From Octopus sinensis (lineage: Eukaryota), in assembly GCF_006345805.1 (NCBI RefSeq), contig NC_043006.1, positions 77,004,001-77,068,000 of the forward strand: 64,000 bases of DNA. The letters are read 5' to 3'. The position numbers and the translations under genes were made by a program. The notes under the pieces are model-generated. The model was not told where the DNA came from and searched no databases. It saw only the letters and a program-made list of their open reading frames with translations. How positions within the stretch are numbered: position 1 is the stretch's first letter; each line of letters begins with the position of its first letter. Of this stretch, positions 40,940 to 54,790 are shown piece after piece.

Positions 40940-41221
40940 GTGTTTAGGAATTCTCTGTTACATCAAGCTAAAAAATTTGCGCCAGCCTTTTAATCGTCAA
41001 TGTGTTGCCGTCTATGATAAAGAAGTTTTGAATGCTTGCCATAGTGAGTCTACTGTCGTGAGAATGAATCACTTCAAAACTTGGTGTTTACGAATTTTCT
41101 TTTACATCAAGTTCAAAATTTTACGCCAGCCGTTAAACTGTCACTACGTTGCTGTCCGTCGTTAAGAAATGCCAGCCATGGTGACTCTACTATCCTCAGA
41201 TTCTATCCCTTCAAACTTTGG
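40940..41221. repeat. Diverged tandem duplication, 144-bp period
   Basis: GTGTTTA.GAATT at 40940 and 41084; shared CATCAAG, GCCAGCC and GCCAT.GTGA.TCTACT anchors. Confidence 0.75.
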
Positions 41222-41504
41222 TTTCCAATATTGTATTATTTTTATTCAGCTCGCAAGTTCGTCTGTCCCTTTTAAATGTTAGCGTTTTGCTGTCTGCCTT
41301 GAAGCAGACCTTTCCATTGCCACTGCCTCATATTTCTGATTGATCTTTCTAAATATTTTATTTCTCAACTTACTCAAGATCTTCTGTTGTTTATAAATGG
41401 GAGAGAGATAGATAAAGATAGAGAGTAAGAGAAAGCGAGGGAGAGTCCGAGAGAAAAGAAAAGTAAGAGAGTGGGAAAGTGAGAGAGAAACAAATACGGA
41501 GAAT

Positions 41505-41815
41505 CATCATCATCATCAAGGTTTAACGTCCGTTTTCCGTGCTAGCACGGGTTGGGCAGTGTGACCGGGGTCTGGGAAGCCAGGAGGCTGCACCAGGCTC
41601 CAGTCTGATCTGGCAGTGTTTCTACAGGTGGATGACCTTCCTAACGCCAACCACTCTGTGAGTGTAGTGAGTGCTTTTTTCGTGCCGCCGGCACTGGTGC
41701 CAGGGGGGCTCGCAGTGGCAACGATCGGTTGGTGCTTTTTACGTGCCACCGGCACAGAAGCAAGTCAAGGCGGTGCTGCAATCGGCCACGTTCGGATGGT
41801 GCTTTTTACGTGCTG
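41505..41815 (-). mobile_element. RTE-like 3' UTR / non-autonomous retroposon end with (GAT)n tail
   Basis: CATCATCATC tail, GGATGACCTTCCTAACGCCAACC motif, internal repeats GTGCTTTTTACGTGCC; family assignment from recalled RTE 3' ends. Confidence 0.6.
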
Positions 41816-43714
41816 AAAGGAAGCAACAGAAAGTAACACCCACACTCTTACCCGCACGTAGAGCGGGTCACCTTCAGCTAGTATATATATATTTATATAT
41901 ATATATGCATCAAATGAAATAAAAAACAGAACACAAAGGATGTCGCGGTACACGTGTTTCAAGGTTTATAAAACAAACTATTCTTAAATTAATGTTTAAT
42001 CGACATAACAGATGGTTTAAAGCTCTCTTCAGCTGCATGCAATTGCTCTACCAAAGAATTACATCACATTATGAAATTATGAATAATTCGAAAATGTAAA
42101 TTTGGTTTTATCTATAATGGTGGGCATATTGAGTTTCACTGAGAAAGTATGTTTGTAAATCTTCATAATCAAATATGTGTCTAGGGTACTTCAAAAATCC
42201 GTCCATACTCTATCCTCACTCAACATAGAGTGAATGTTGAGTAGATTCGAGTGGGTTCATCCCTTACAAGAGGAATGTATTTAATTGAATTTAATTCAGA
42301 GCCTGCACGAACCAGATATTTACACTTTTCGAGAATCTCGGCCCTCAGGAATTCCACTTGTACATGTCGTTTTCATTCCCAGGTCAATTCTAATATATTA
42401 GTGGTTATGTATATCCGCACTTACACCTGTAATTATAATTATAGCAGGTGTATGTAATTCTGTTTGTTCGGATGTATATCTTGTATATACGATTACATAT
42501 GCATATATGGTAATGATCAGTGAAATACATATGTCTGCTTGTATCGTTTTTCTATAAATCTATGTTTTTGTATTCGCTTGTATTTACATATTTATCTTCA
42601 GGTGCATATGACTGTGCGCATGTACATGTGCACGTACGCACGTATTTACATTTTATCATAGCATTTCATTTGCCATTTTCTCCTCCCTCTGGTCTGAACC
42701 TTTCGATAACGAATTCCTGAGGAAAATGGCGTCATTAGCTAGGACCATCCAGTTTATTTAGGTGTACCTAACGTTTCACTACCTAATGATCCTATCGGTT
42801 CTTCAAGATGGCTGTGTATGATTTAAAGGATACTTGTCGGGTGCTGAAACTACGTAGAGGAACTTTATTCGTATGTTATTACTGTGGGTGGGAGACGTTT
42901 TGGCATCAGCGTTATGGCGCATATTTTGCATCTTTACAATTTCTTCCTTTCTCCCCTTCTTCACATCACTCATTTCCCTGTTTGTGTCTCTGAGCATATG
43001 TCTATATGTGTATGAAGGGAGGCAAAGTCTATATATGAGTCATGATCAATGAATAAATATTAGTATATCTCTTTCCCCTTCCTCTCTCAGTATTACTTTC
43101 AGTATATTCTGTAAGTGCATGCACGGGTGTTTGTCTCCGCGTGTGCGAGTGGGCGAGCGCTTGTTCCTATGTGTTTGTCTCCAGCACCAAAAATACTGTC
43201 ACGAAAACGGGCTGCGTTTCCAGTCACCCGTGCCAAATTCTCATTGCCAGAACAGCTGTGCTCAATCGACTTATTGCGACTGCTGCGCGCGTCAGGTTTT
43301 GTTACATCTTTAGTGGAACATTAACCATGTTAATATGGCAGGGGTCAGAGAGATTGTTAAACCTATGGGAACACCCTTTTTCTCTTAGCCGAACCCATTA
43401 CACCAATAAGGTATTAGTATCTCGGTTAAAGAGTCGCTTGTTCATTTACTGTGTCTTACTCTATAAATGAGGACACACAAGGTCGAATAATTAAAAAGTT
43501 CGTTTCAGAACTATCTTTCTTATTTACAACACATTCGTGAATTTAGGCAGTGAGAAACTGTCTGTAATCTGAAAGTGCACTCTTGTCACACTTGTTTCAC
43601 ACTAATACTAAAATCTAAGATTTATGAACGGGTGTGGCTATTGCTTCCCAAACAATTGGTTCCAGGTTATATATATTGATATATACACATGGATACATAT
43701 ATGCCTACACACAG

Positions 43715-44717
<1,003 letters not shown>

Positions 44718-45636
44718 CAGGTGGGCTGAGGACAACAACATGCAGTTTAATGCAGGTAAGTTCCAGGCCCTGCGCTACTGGCACACAAAGGTAAATGACG
44801 TGAAGACTGGATACACTGGCCCAGGAAGAATTGCAATCCCTGAGTCAAAATCAGTGCGTGCCTGGGCATTGACATGAGCAATGATGCATCTTTCCAAATG
44901 CATATTGCTAATCTGGTGATAAAATGCAGACGGCTAGCTGGATGGATTCTCCGAACTTTCAGAACAAAGAGAAAGGAGACACTGATGGTCCTATGGAAAC
45001 ATTTGTCCTCAGCCGCTTGGATACTACTGCTCCCAACTTTTGGTCACCACACAATATAAAACAACAGCAGAACTCGAAGCAACTCAGAGAAGCTACACAA
45101 AGAAATCGTCTCAATGCAAAATGTCAGCTACTGGGAAAGACTGAAGGTATTAAACCTCTTCTCCCTGAGGCGGAGGCGGGAGGAGAATGCAGTGATATAC
45201 ATCTGGAAATCCTGGAGGGTCTTGTCCCAAACTTTGGCATTCAAAGATACTCCAACCGCGAAACGGGCGGCCGCTGCGTGCTGCGTGCCAAAGGATTCCA
45301 ACATCACCATCAAAATACAGGTCCAGATACTGCAACAGCTTGGGTTTCAGAGGACCACAGCTCTTTAACATCCTCCCTAAATGCCTGAGAGACTTACATG
45401 GTGTGGATGTGGGTTTCTTTAAAAACTAAACTGGATCTCTTCTTGTTGGGAGTCCCAGATGAACCGTACCTCACGACAGAGACACGGATGCGGGCAGCAG
45501 CATCGAACTCCCTTGTTGATCAAGTGCCACGTATCAGGGTGGATTCACAAACTAGTGTAGCTCATTCAGCGGTGGTGCCCCACCATGGCCGCGGCCTTCG
45601 GGCTAAACCATTTTTAAGGATTTAAGGATTTAAGGA
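44718..45636 (+). mobile_element. CR1-like LINE 3' fragment, frameshifted, inserted in (TA)n
   Basis: [85 protein letters not shown]; tail (TTTAAGGA)x3. Confidence 0.9.
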
Positions 45637-45643
45637 TATATAC

Positions 45644-45696
<53 letters not shown>

Positions 45697-45959
45697 TATA
45701 AACAAATCAAATTGCGATAAAATAAAAAATAATTATAATCGCTGGTATTACTATCAACACCAGCCATATATTTTTTCAATATCAGTACATTAAGGCGAAA
45801 TATGTGCTAGGAATACAGAAGCTTTGATAAATTAAGTGAAATGAAGATAAAACTTTACTAAACGGAAAATTCTCAGACTGCAGTTTCTTTCTATTCAGCA
45901 AACAAGATAATTTATTGCCCAGGGAGAATTCATCAGTGAGACCCTGTTTCTCTGGGATC

Positions 45960-46051
<92 letters not shown>

Positions 46052-46459
46052 ATATATATGCAATAAAAATGGTAAATAATTTTCCTGTGGTTTTTCATGT
46101 AACCAACAATTATTTACCGGTAAATTTCGGTATGTAAATACGACAAATTAATTGTCAGGACCTTTGTAAGGTTCAGTATATAGTAAAGAAAATAAGTTGG
46201 CTACAGCAAGCTGTTTCGCCTCATACCGAAGGAATTAGAAATGGCAGTCAAAGACCGTTTTTTCCATTTCTATAAGTGGAGATTCCAAAAACGAAGGCCC
46301 TTGCGGCTCACATACACAAAATCTGGAGTGGGCAAATATACGAAGGCAGTCACTTACCGTTATAGCGAACACCGTGTTTCTGGATCACAAACATATAAAA
46401 AAAAGGAGTTTGAATTCCGTCATCAGCGCAATTTTCGATAGCTTTATCAATGCCACCAG

Positions 46460-46588
46460 CCCTCACTTCTGACCCAGCGACATCAGATAGTGGGGGGAAG
46501 TGCGCAGATGTAAAACCAAGTCGTTACTTGGTTTTAACATCTGCGCACTTCCCCCCACTATCTGATGTCGCTGGGTCAGAAGTGAGGG
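46460..46588. repeat. Near-perfect palindrome, 62-bp arms, 4-nt loop
   Basis: Left arm 46460-46521, loop CGTT, right arm 46526-46588 with one extra base. Confidence 0.95.
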
Positions 46589-46618
46589 TTTGTATATAAA
46601 TATATAGATTATATATAT

Positions 46619-46670
<52 letters not shown>

Positions 46671-46672
46671 CA

Positions 46673-46749
<77 letters not shown>

Positions 46750-46821
46750 ATATATATATACATATATATATATTACATATATATATATATATATACTTAT
46801 ATATTATATACATATATATAC

Positions 46822-46877
<56 letters not shown>

Positions 46878-46878
<1 letters not shown>

Positions 46879-46960
46879 TTAGCACTGTCACTGTCCACCA
46901 TTTTTTTACACAGAAATATATAAATGGTTCACGCATATACGTTGCAGTGACAGTGCTAAA
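46878..46960. repeat. Mini-MITE-like element with 16-bp terminal inverted repeats
   Basis: TTTAGCACTGTCACTG ... CAGTGACAGTGCTAAA. Confidence 0.7.
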
Positions 46961-47293
46961 TAATAATCAATTAATTTCGATAAGTTCCTTGTTATCCATT
47001 CATGGTGACCGTTCAAGTCTTAGTAGGCTCATCACGTGAGTCGCACACCATAAAATTGCAATTAAACATGGTCATATATGTTACTTTTAATTATGACTCA
47101 TATGTCATATGAACTCCGAAATTTTATCTTCTGAATATCTCTTAAAAAGATATATGACTGAATTATGTTTGTAAAAACCACACACACACACACACACACA
47201 CACACGTATATGTATGTATATATGTATGTACATGAGTGTATATATATAGACAGGCAGATATAGAGATAGATAGATTGATAGATAGATAGATAC

Positions 47294-47376
<83 letters not shown>

Positions 47377-47812
47377 TATAGATAGATAGATATGTGTGTG
47401 TGTGTGAATGTAAGGTTGTATATATTTAAGTATGCTCTCCAATAATTTTGGACCTATAAACGACACAAGCTACGGGATCGATGAGAAAGCGGAGAGAAAC
47501 CAAAGGTAAAAAAAAAAAGGAATTTGGAATACCTTTTCTGAATATATTATTCGGCGTCGTAGCTAATGGTGTCAGAAAGAAAATATGCGGCGTACAATGG
47601 AATATGTATGAATCAGAACAAGGTTAAGTTACTGTGTGTGTGTGTATGTGTGTGCGCGTGTATGTGTGTGCGTGTGCGTGTGAATGAGTATTTGCTTGTA
47701 TCTTTTACGAACACAAGTCTGTGCCTGCCAAAGCAAAGAACTATTCGGTAAGTCATAGGTTGATTTTCAGTTTTGCTTATACAATTAACACACCACATCA
47801 CACAGAAACACC

Positions 47813-47849
<37 letters not shown>

Positions 47850-47855
47850 ATTATA

Positions 47856-47891
<36 letters not shown>

Positions 47892-47949
47892 CATTGATAT
47901 AGATAGATAGATAGAAACATACATACATACATATATAGTACCTACATGC

Positions 47950-47983
<34 letters not shown>

Positions 47984-48574
47984 TATATATACATTGAGAT
48001 AGATAGATAGATAGATAGATACATACATACATACATACATAATACCTACATGCATATATATATATATATATATATATATCTATATATATACACGCACACA
48101 CTTGCATACATGTATACATAGCTTCAGCTATAAATTATGCTCATTTTATGAATTCATTAATTAATCCTATATTGTTGTGTGTCCTAATGATCTGGCTTAT
48201 CTAATTTAATAGCCTCGTATTTATATTCAACTGGTTTGACTACTTCTCCTATCAAGTGTTTTGTTTTCGTATTTAACTACTGCGAACAATTCTTAATTGT
48301 ATTATATTAAAATAATTATCCAATATATTAGCAACATAATGTCATTGAAAATATAAGAAATATCCACCACTCACCCATTTACTCTCTTTTTCTTTCTTTT
48401 TTCTCTGTCTCATCTTCTTGGTTATTGTCAGCGAAGATATGAATACTTATAAGTACTTGAATTTATAAAAATAGAAACACTGCGCACACATACACACAGT
48501 GTCATATATGTATGTGTGTATGTATGTGTGTGTGTGTGTGTGTGTATGTAATCATTATCAACCTCACATACCTA

Positions 48575-48612
<38 letters not shown>

Positions 48613-49054
48613 TGTGTGTGTGTGCTGTTAAAATATTTTCGACTTTGGTATTTCGTCCAGGGAAGGCCCCTTTAGAAACGTAGGATGTTACAAAACGCAG
48701 TCTAATTCAAGGCTAGCAGAAATGAACCGCGCAGGAGTTGAACGAAAATGACAGATATTGATATTTTACACATATGTATGCTCATTGGTGCCATATTCTT
48801 GATTCACCCTAGAAATGAATTCGTATTGCTGGCCTGAAGTAAATACAGATATCATAAAATCTATCTACTGATGTGCAATAGTACCGCACAAGGAAAACAA
48901 AATTCAGTTTTACATTAGATGCACTCAAGAAAACAACTCGAAGACCAATGCTGAAATCCCTTTCAACATAAGATTGCTTGATTAGAGCTGACCTGTTTTT
49001 AAACAACTTCCTCTGACCACGTTTCATTATTAACAAAAAAAAAATGACTTATTT

Positions 49055-51115
49055 ACTCAGCGAATAAAATTTTATTAGTTTATCTATGAATTCTCTTACA
49101 CGGCTGAAAAAATGTTATTATGCTTAGCGATGTCTTTTCCTGCGGATAAAACAAAATAACTATGGTGTCGTGTTTAACGATACCTTCATTCTGCGAATAA
49201 AGTAATAGCCAATATATCTTTTGAGATTTTCTTATTCTGCGAATAAAAATGTATAACTATGTTTTGTGAAACCCATACTTTGTGGATACAAAAACATGTT
49301 TTCGTTGATACAATAACATGAAAATCTATAATTATTATTTTCAGCGTTGCCAATATTTTGCTGACAAAAAGACATACGATTTGAATTAAGCAAATTTGTA
49401 TTTAATATGGCGACGCATTTAGTGGCTGTGAAGTGTAATTAACGATAATTTAGTTATCGTGTGGCGAAAATGCCAAGCGAGGAAATTGCAGGTGATGTAT
49501 TTTCCGCGGTGTGATAACCCGCAGTTATGTAGAGCAAAACCTGTTAAACAAGATTTGTGGCAGTAATTGCATAAAGTGAGGTAGTTAGGTATGGATATGT
49601 AGTTTGTCAGTACAGAAACGTTTATATATTTTAGTAACAGTTTTTATTTATCCTCTTTGTAGTTGTAGTTGCACGATCGGGGGACGCATTGTGGTCGCGA
49701 GGAAGACACTGCTATCCATTTTTCTGTCATACATACACGAACCCAGTCTACTGTCGGTTGGTGTCTAATATTTTAGCGTTTAATCAAGCTTCCTATCAGA
49801 AATCCACTTTAACTCTTTACTGACAGGTCAGTCGATTCACAAGATATATCACCCATTTTGCCATGAAATCATAACCAACTATCTTAGAAAAGGCACATTG
49901 GATAATGGAGTATGGTTTTCAAGCCTACTAGGAAGAAATCACCTGGATGATCACTGCCGGAATGCATTTGGTTACAGATTTGGATGATCAGGTCTTAGAT
50001 ATATTAATAAAAGTAGAGCATTTCCTCAAGTCCTCGGACACACAGGGCCTGTTACCTGGTCTCTATGGGGTAAAGGTAACCAAAACCACAACGTTCGTCT
50101 TTAACAGAACACTGGCCCGTCGCAGGGTTACTCATTTTTGCGAGCTGAGTGAACTAGAAATTCAGTATTTTTCTCAAGAACACAACTACATGGTTGAGGG
50201 TTCAATCCCACTGCATGGCACCTTCGGCAAGTGTCTTCTACCATAGCCTCGGGCCGACCAAAGCCCTTTGAGTGGATTTGGTAGACGGAAACTGGAAGAA
50301 GCCTGCTGTATATATGTATATATGTGTGTGTGTTTGCATCTGTGTTTGTCCCCCACAACATCGTTTGACAACGGATGCTGGTGTGTTTACGTTCCCGTAA
50401 CTTAATGATTCAGCAAAAGAGACCGATAGAATAAGTACTAAGCTTACAAAGAATAAGTCCTGGTGTCGATTTGCTCAACTAAAGGCGGTGCTCCAGCATG
50501 GCCGCAGTCAAATGACTGAAAGAAGTAAAAGAGTAAAAGAGTAAAAGAGTAACAATAAAAATAACTTCGTATATCAACGCTTCTCCACCGAGAATCTACA
50601 TATCTATACCTATCTACCTTACTTTTTGCTACTTTGCTATCACTATGCCTCGATTCTAGTTTAACACGTTTCACTCTGCATGCATTGCGAGTTATTGCGC
50701 CGCAAGAAACACAACACATGCAATTACCTCACACGGTATTTTCATGAGATGATAATTAAGTTATCGTTAATCATACTTCATAGCCTCTAAATTCATCGCC
50801 ATATTAAATAGGGCCTCGTTTAATTCAAATCTTGTTCGTTTTGATGCCCAGTGTTATGGCAATGCTAAACATTGTTATAGGTTTTCATATTTTCATATCC
50901 AATCACAAAACACTGTTTAACTTTTTTATCCGTAGTATAAAGGAATCGCAAAATATAATTCTCTTATTCGCAGAATAAAGGTATCGCCAAACATAATCAT
51001 TAGCTATATTTCTTTTATTCACTGGGCTGAGTAAATGCAACGCTAAACATGATATTTCTTCAGTCGAGTAAAAGAATTGCTAAGTACAGTAAAATAATAA
51101 TTCTCTTATTCGAAA
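49055..51115. repeat. Large diverged inverted repeat (arms ~49055-49458 and ~50751-51115)
   Basis: By-eye alignment, e.g. GATTTGAATTAAGCAAATTTGTATTTAATATGGCGACGCATTTAGTGGCTGTGAAG versus reverse-complement GATTTGAATTAAACGAGGCCCTATTTAATATGGCGATGAATTTAGAGGCTATGAAG; colinear along the whole arm. Confidence 0.85.
50183..50551 (+). mobile_element. SINE family B, 5'-truncated, intact tail
   Basis: Tail GGCGGTGCTCCAGCATGGCCGCAGTCAAATGACTGAAAG followed by (GTAAAAGA)n. Confidence 0.9.
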
Positions 51116-51604
51116 CGCAAATACGACACATTACATTGATAATGGAATAAATTCAATCTACAAACCAATTCTGTCCTTAGATCTGGAATTATTTTTAGAA
51201 GTCTCGAAAATGCAACAATCAGGGAACAACATAATAAACTGTATATCACTGGAGCAAAACTTCAACATAGTAGATAGTTTAGCGAAAATTCAACACATTG
51301 TCAGTGAATATTTAAGTTCTAAAACATTTTATTATTGAAAAGCATTCCTCATAACTTGTGATTTGGGAGAATATATTTTTCTTATCTTGTATCTAAAACA
51401 GCTATTATTATTATTATTTATTTTTATTACTGTTGTTATTATTATCACCATCGTCATCATAAAAGAAGCGGTATTATGGCCAATCAGATAAACGCAAGGC
51501 GTGATTATGCCAGCTGAAAACTATTTAATTGGTTTACATCTTCATAGAATTCTCAAAAATTTCCTGAATATAATTTTTATTTCATATTGAGCGACTATTT
51601 TATT

Positions 51605-51990
51605 CATTTATCCATCAGCTTGTTTCAGTCATTGAACTGCGACAATGCTAGTTTACCTGTGTGGTGGTTTGAGTTTGTCAAATCAACACAAGAATATACT
51701 TTAAGCTTGGTACTTGGTATGTCACTCTCTTTTTAAGTTACAAGGATGCAAACAAATCGGCAGCGGTTGCGAAACCGTAGGACACAAGGTCAAAGAGAAA
51801 AGTGTGCGCGTGCGTGTGTGTGCGTGTGTGTGTGTGTGCATGTGTACGACAGGTTCTTACCCAGTATCCGTTTGCCAAATGTATTCCACAGAGCTTTGAC
51901 CATCTCAGAAAGAATAGTAGAATATATTTGCCCAAGACTCCACACAGTGAAAGCGAACCCTAAGGCACATTCTTATAAAACGAACTTCTT
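51605..51990 (-). mobile_element. SINE family B, degenerate copy
   Basis: TTGTTTCAGTCATTGAACTGCGAC tail and CACAGAGCTTTGACC body in reverse. Confidence 0.6.
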
Positions 51991-52180
51991 AGCTACACGT
52001 TAAATCCTGTTTTTATTAATGCGTTGTCTTTAAATTTATCTTTCATAGTCAATGGAATCTAACGGATTGAGAAAACGTTAAAGAATGTTTAACAATGTAG
52101 TTCTTCGGCAAATAAAGGTGATGATGTCGAATATATATTGTCATACGATATAATTATCACGCGAGGAATAAAATGCAAAA

Positions 52181-52765
52181 TATTCTTTTCTACTCTAGGC
52201 AGAAGGCTAGACTAGAAATCTTGGGCGAGGGGCCAGTCGATTAAATCGACTCTAGTACGTAACTGGTACTTAATTTATCGACCCCGAAGGGTTGCAAGGC
52301 AAAGTCAACCTCGGCTTTTGAACTCAGAACGTAAAGACAGGCGAAATATCTATTTCATTAACTACCCACAAGGGGCTAAACACAGAAGGGACAAGCAAGT
52401 TCAGACAAACTGATTAAGTTGATTATATCGACTCCAGTGCATAACTGGTACTTATTTAATCGACCCCAAAAGGATGAAAGGCAAAGTCGACCTCGGCGGA
52501 ATTTGAACCCACAACATAACGGCAGATAAAATACCTATTTCTTTACTACCCACAAGGGGCTAAACACAGAGGAGACAAACAAGGACAGACAGACGGATTA
52601 AGTCGATTATATTGACCCAGTGCGAAACTGGTACTTATTTAATCGACCCCGAAAGACTGAAAGGCAAAGTCGACCTTGGCGGAATTTGAACTCAGAACGT
52701 AACGGCAGACGAAATGCCGCTCAGCATTTCGCCCGGCGTGCTAATGTTTCTGCCAGCTCACCACC
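52181..52765 (-). mobile_element. SINE family A trimer (head + 3 modules)
   Basis: Junctions at 52535/52536 and 52350/52351; terminal tail TGCCTAGAGTAGAAAAGAAT as in the 33001 dimer. Confidence 0.9.
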
Positions 52766-53309
52766 TTTCTAAAATACTATGTATTCATCTGGATAAAGGT
52801 ACAGCAAAGAATTTACTGGATACTATTCTGTTTAGGTTTTTCTGATATCACTCCTGCGTATCCTAACGAAATGTCTTAGACTTAATCACCTATAATTGTT
52901 CCTTTTCCACACGGCATTTCCATTTCCATTCCATTTATGTTCGTTAATGACATATCTACTTTCGATTACATGTTAAAAGCGAACTCTTACATCGCATTTC
53001 TCTTATCCTGAATTCAACCTTACACACAAACACGCACGGATATCTGCATACGTATGTATGCGTGTGTATGCATGGATGCACTTATTTATATTCACATGTA
53101 TACAGCTAAAGATATACTTATGTAAGCGTGCTTGTAATCCCACACACACACGCACACACACACACCACACCCTCCACACACAAATATATATGTACATACC
53201 AACATACAATATATGAACGTGACTATAAGTACGTTTGAATGTATGTTAACGTTCACATGTGCACGTATCTCACTGTCTTTTCCACTCTCTCTCTCTCTGT
53301 TACACACAC

Positions 53310-53366
<57 letters not shown>

Positions 53367-53888
53367 CATATATGCACACATACACTCACACGCGCACAGA
53401 AGCACAAACAGAAACACACACACACACAAACGTATACATAGAGTTTAAGAAGTCGGATGGTAGACATTGATCGACAGTATGCTTTGAGACAAACACGTTT
53501 TCTACAACAAAAGCCTTTTTATGTACCAACGTTTAGTTTGGATTGCAGCGTAAGTTAAAAACAAGCTGGCCAAACAGTGAACAACTGGCGTCTACAAAGC
53601 TTAGGTGAGTTTTATAACGAAGTACAGATGTCTATTCTCGATGAATGTTTCACATATTTTCAGCCAACTTGAATTAATTCGAATGAAAGCTGACATCATT
53701 CTTGATGTAGGTGAAACTAAATTTGCTAAACTATATTAAACATCAACAGTCTCAGATCACACAAGAAGCCTTAGTGAAAAAAATATAGTAATTTATACAA
53801 TGTTCAAAAGCCGTTGCACGGTCACTGACGTGGTAATTAGCAAAGTTGTTACAGCGCCGGACAGGTTGCTTGACGGTAATTGTTGTGA

Positions 53889-54117
53889 CGGTGAGCTGGC
53901 GGAAACGTTAGCACGCCGGGCGAAATGCTTAGCGGTATTTCGTCTGCCGCTACGTTCTGAGTTCAAATTCCGCCGAGGTCGACTTTGCCTTTCATCCTTT
54001 CGGGGTCGATTAAATAAGTACCAGTTACGCACTGGGGTCGATGTAATCGACTTAATACCTATGTCTGTCCTTGTTTGTCCCCTCTATGTTTAGCCCCTTG
54101 TGGGTAATAAAGAAATA
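53889..54117 (+). mobile_element. SINE family A monomer with 14-bp TSD
   Basis: TSD GGTAATTG(T/C)TGTGA at 53875-53888 and 54118-54131. Confidence 0.92.
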
Positions 54118-54463
54118 GGTAATTGCTGTGATTCTCTGCGGGATGGGTTCAAAGTATGCTGAAGTCAACTTTCTTTTTTCCCCTATTCACGATCCTGAAT
54201 AAATAAATATATAGATAAATAAATGCATAAACTGAATGCGGTAGATTTGCAGAATTGTTTCACTAGCAGATCAGTTGATTTCAGTTAATTTTCTAGATCT
54301 TTACGCTCTTTGTCCAAATCTCAGCTTGGCTATTTAAATGTAAGTCTTAAACGGTCACTGAAAAGAAAGGGGGGAAAAAACACACTTCCTTGTATTTTGG
54401 GTACCCTTAGGGGTATGAAATACGTTCCCCCTACTTCTCCAGTCGTTACCCGAGGTTATACCA

Positions 54464-54543
<80 letters not shown>

Positions 54544-54619
54544 GCGCAAGTATACATATTATATATGTGTATATACCTACAAATATATGTATGTATGTAT
54601 ACATGCATACAAGGGTGCA

Positions 54620-54790
54620 GGACGTCAAAAACAAAACAAAAAAATAACGTAGACAAAATGAGAAACGAGAACATAAAAAAACAAAAATATCGGAAACGAA
54701 TTTTTTTCGAACAACGAAAGAAACAGAGAAACGAGACAGGCAACCTGAAGAACATTCCCTTCATCAGTTGTCCCCTGTTTATCTATTCAT
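54620..54790 (-). mobile_element. Second copy of the 11650-11860 repeat
   Basis: Reverse-complement similarity by eye. Confidence 0.6.

Noticed and set aside
46195-46260. Possible hammerhead (GAAACAGCTTGCTGTA) and GIY-YIG-like peptide near 46330
   Set aside because: Stem III forms but the core and stem I do not; the peptide similarity is too short to support.
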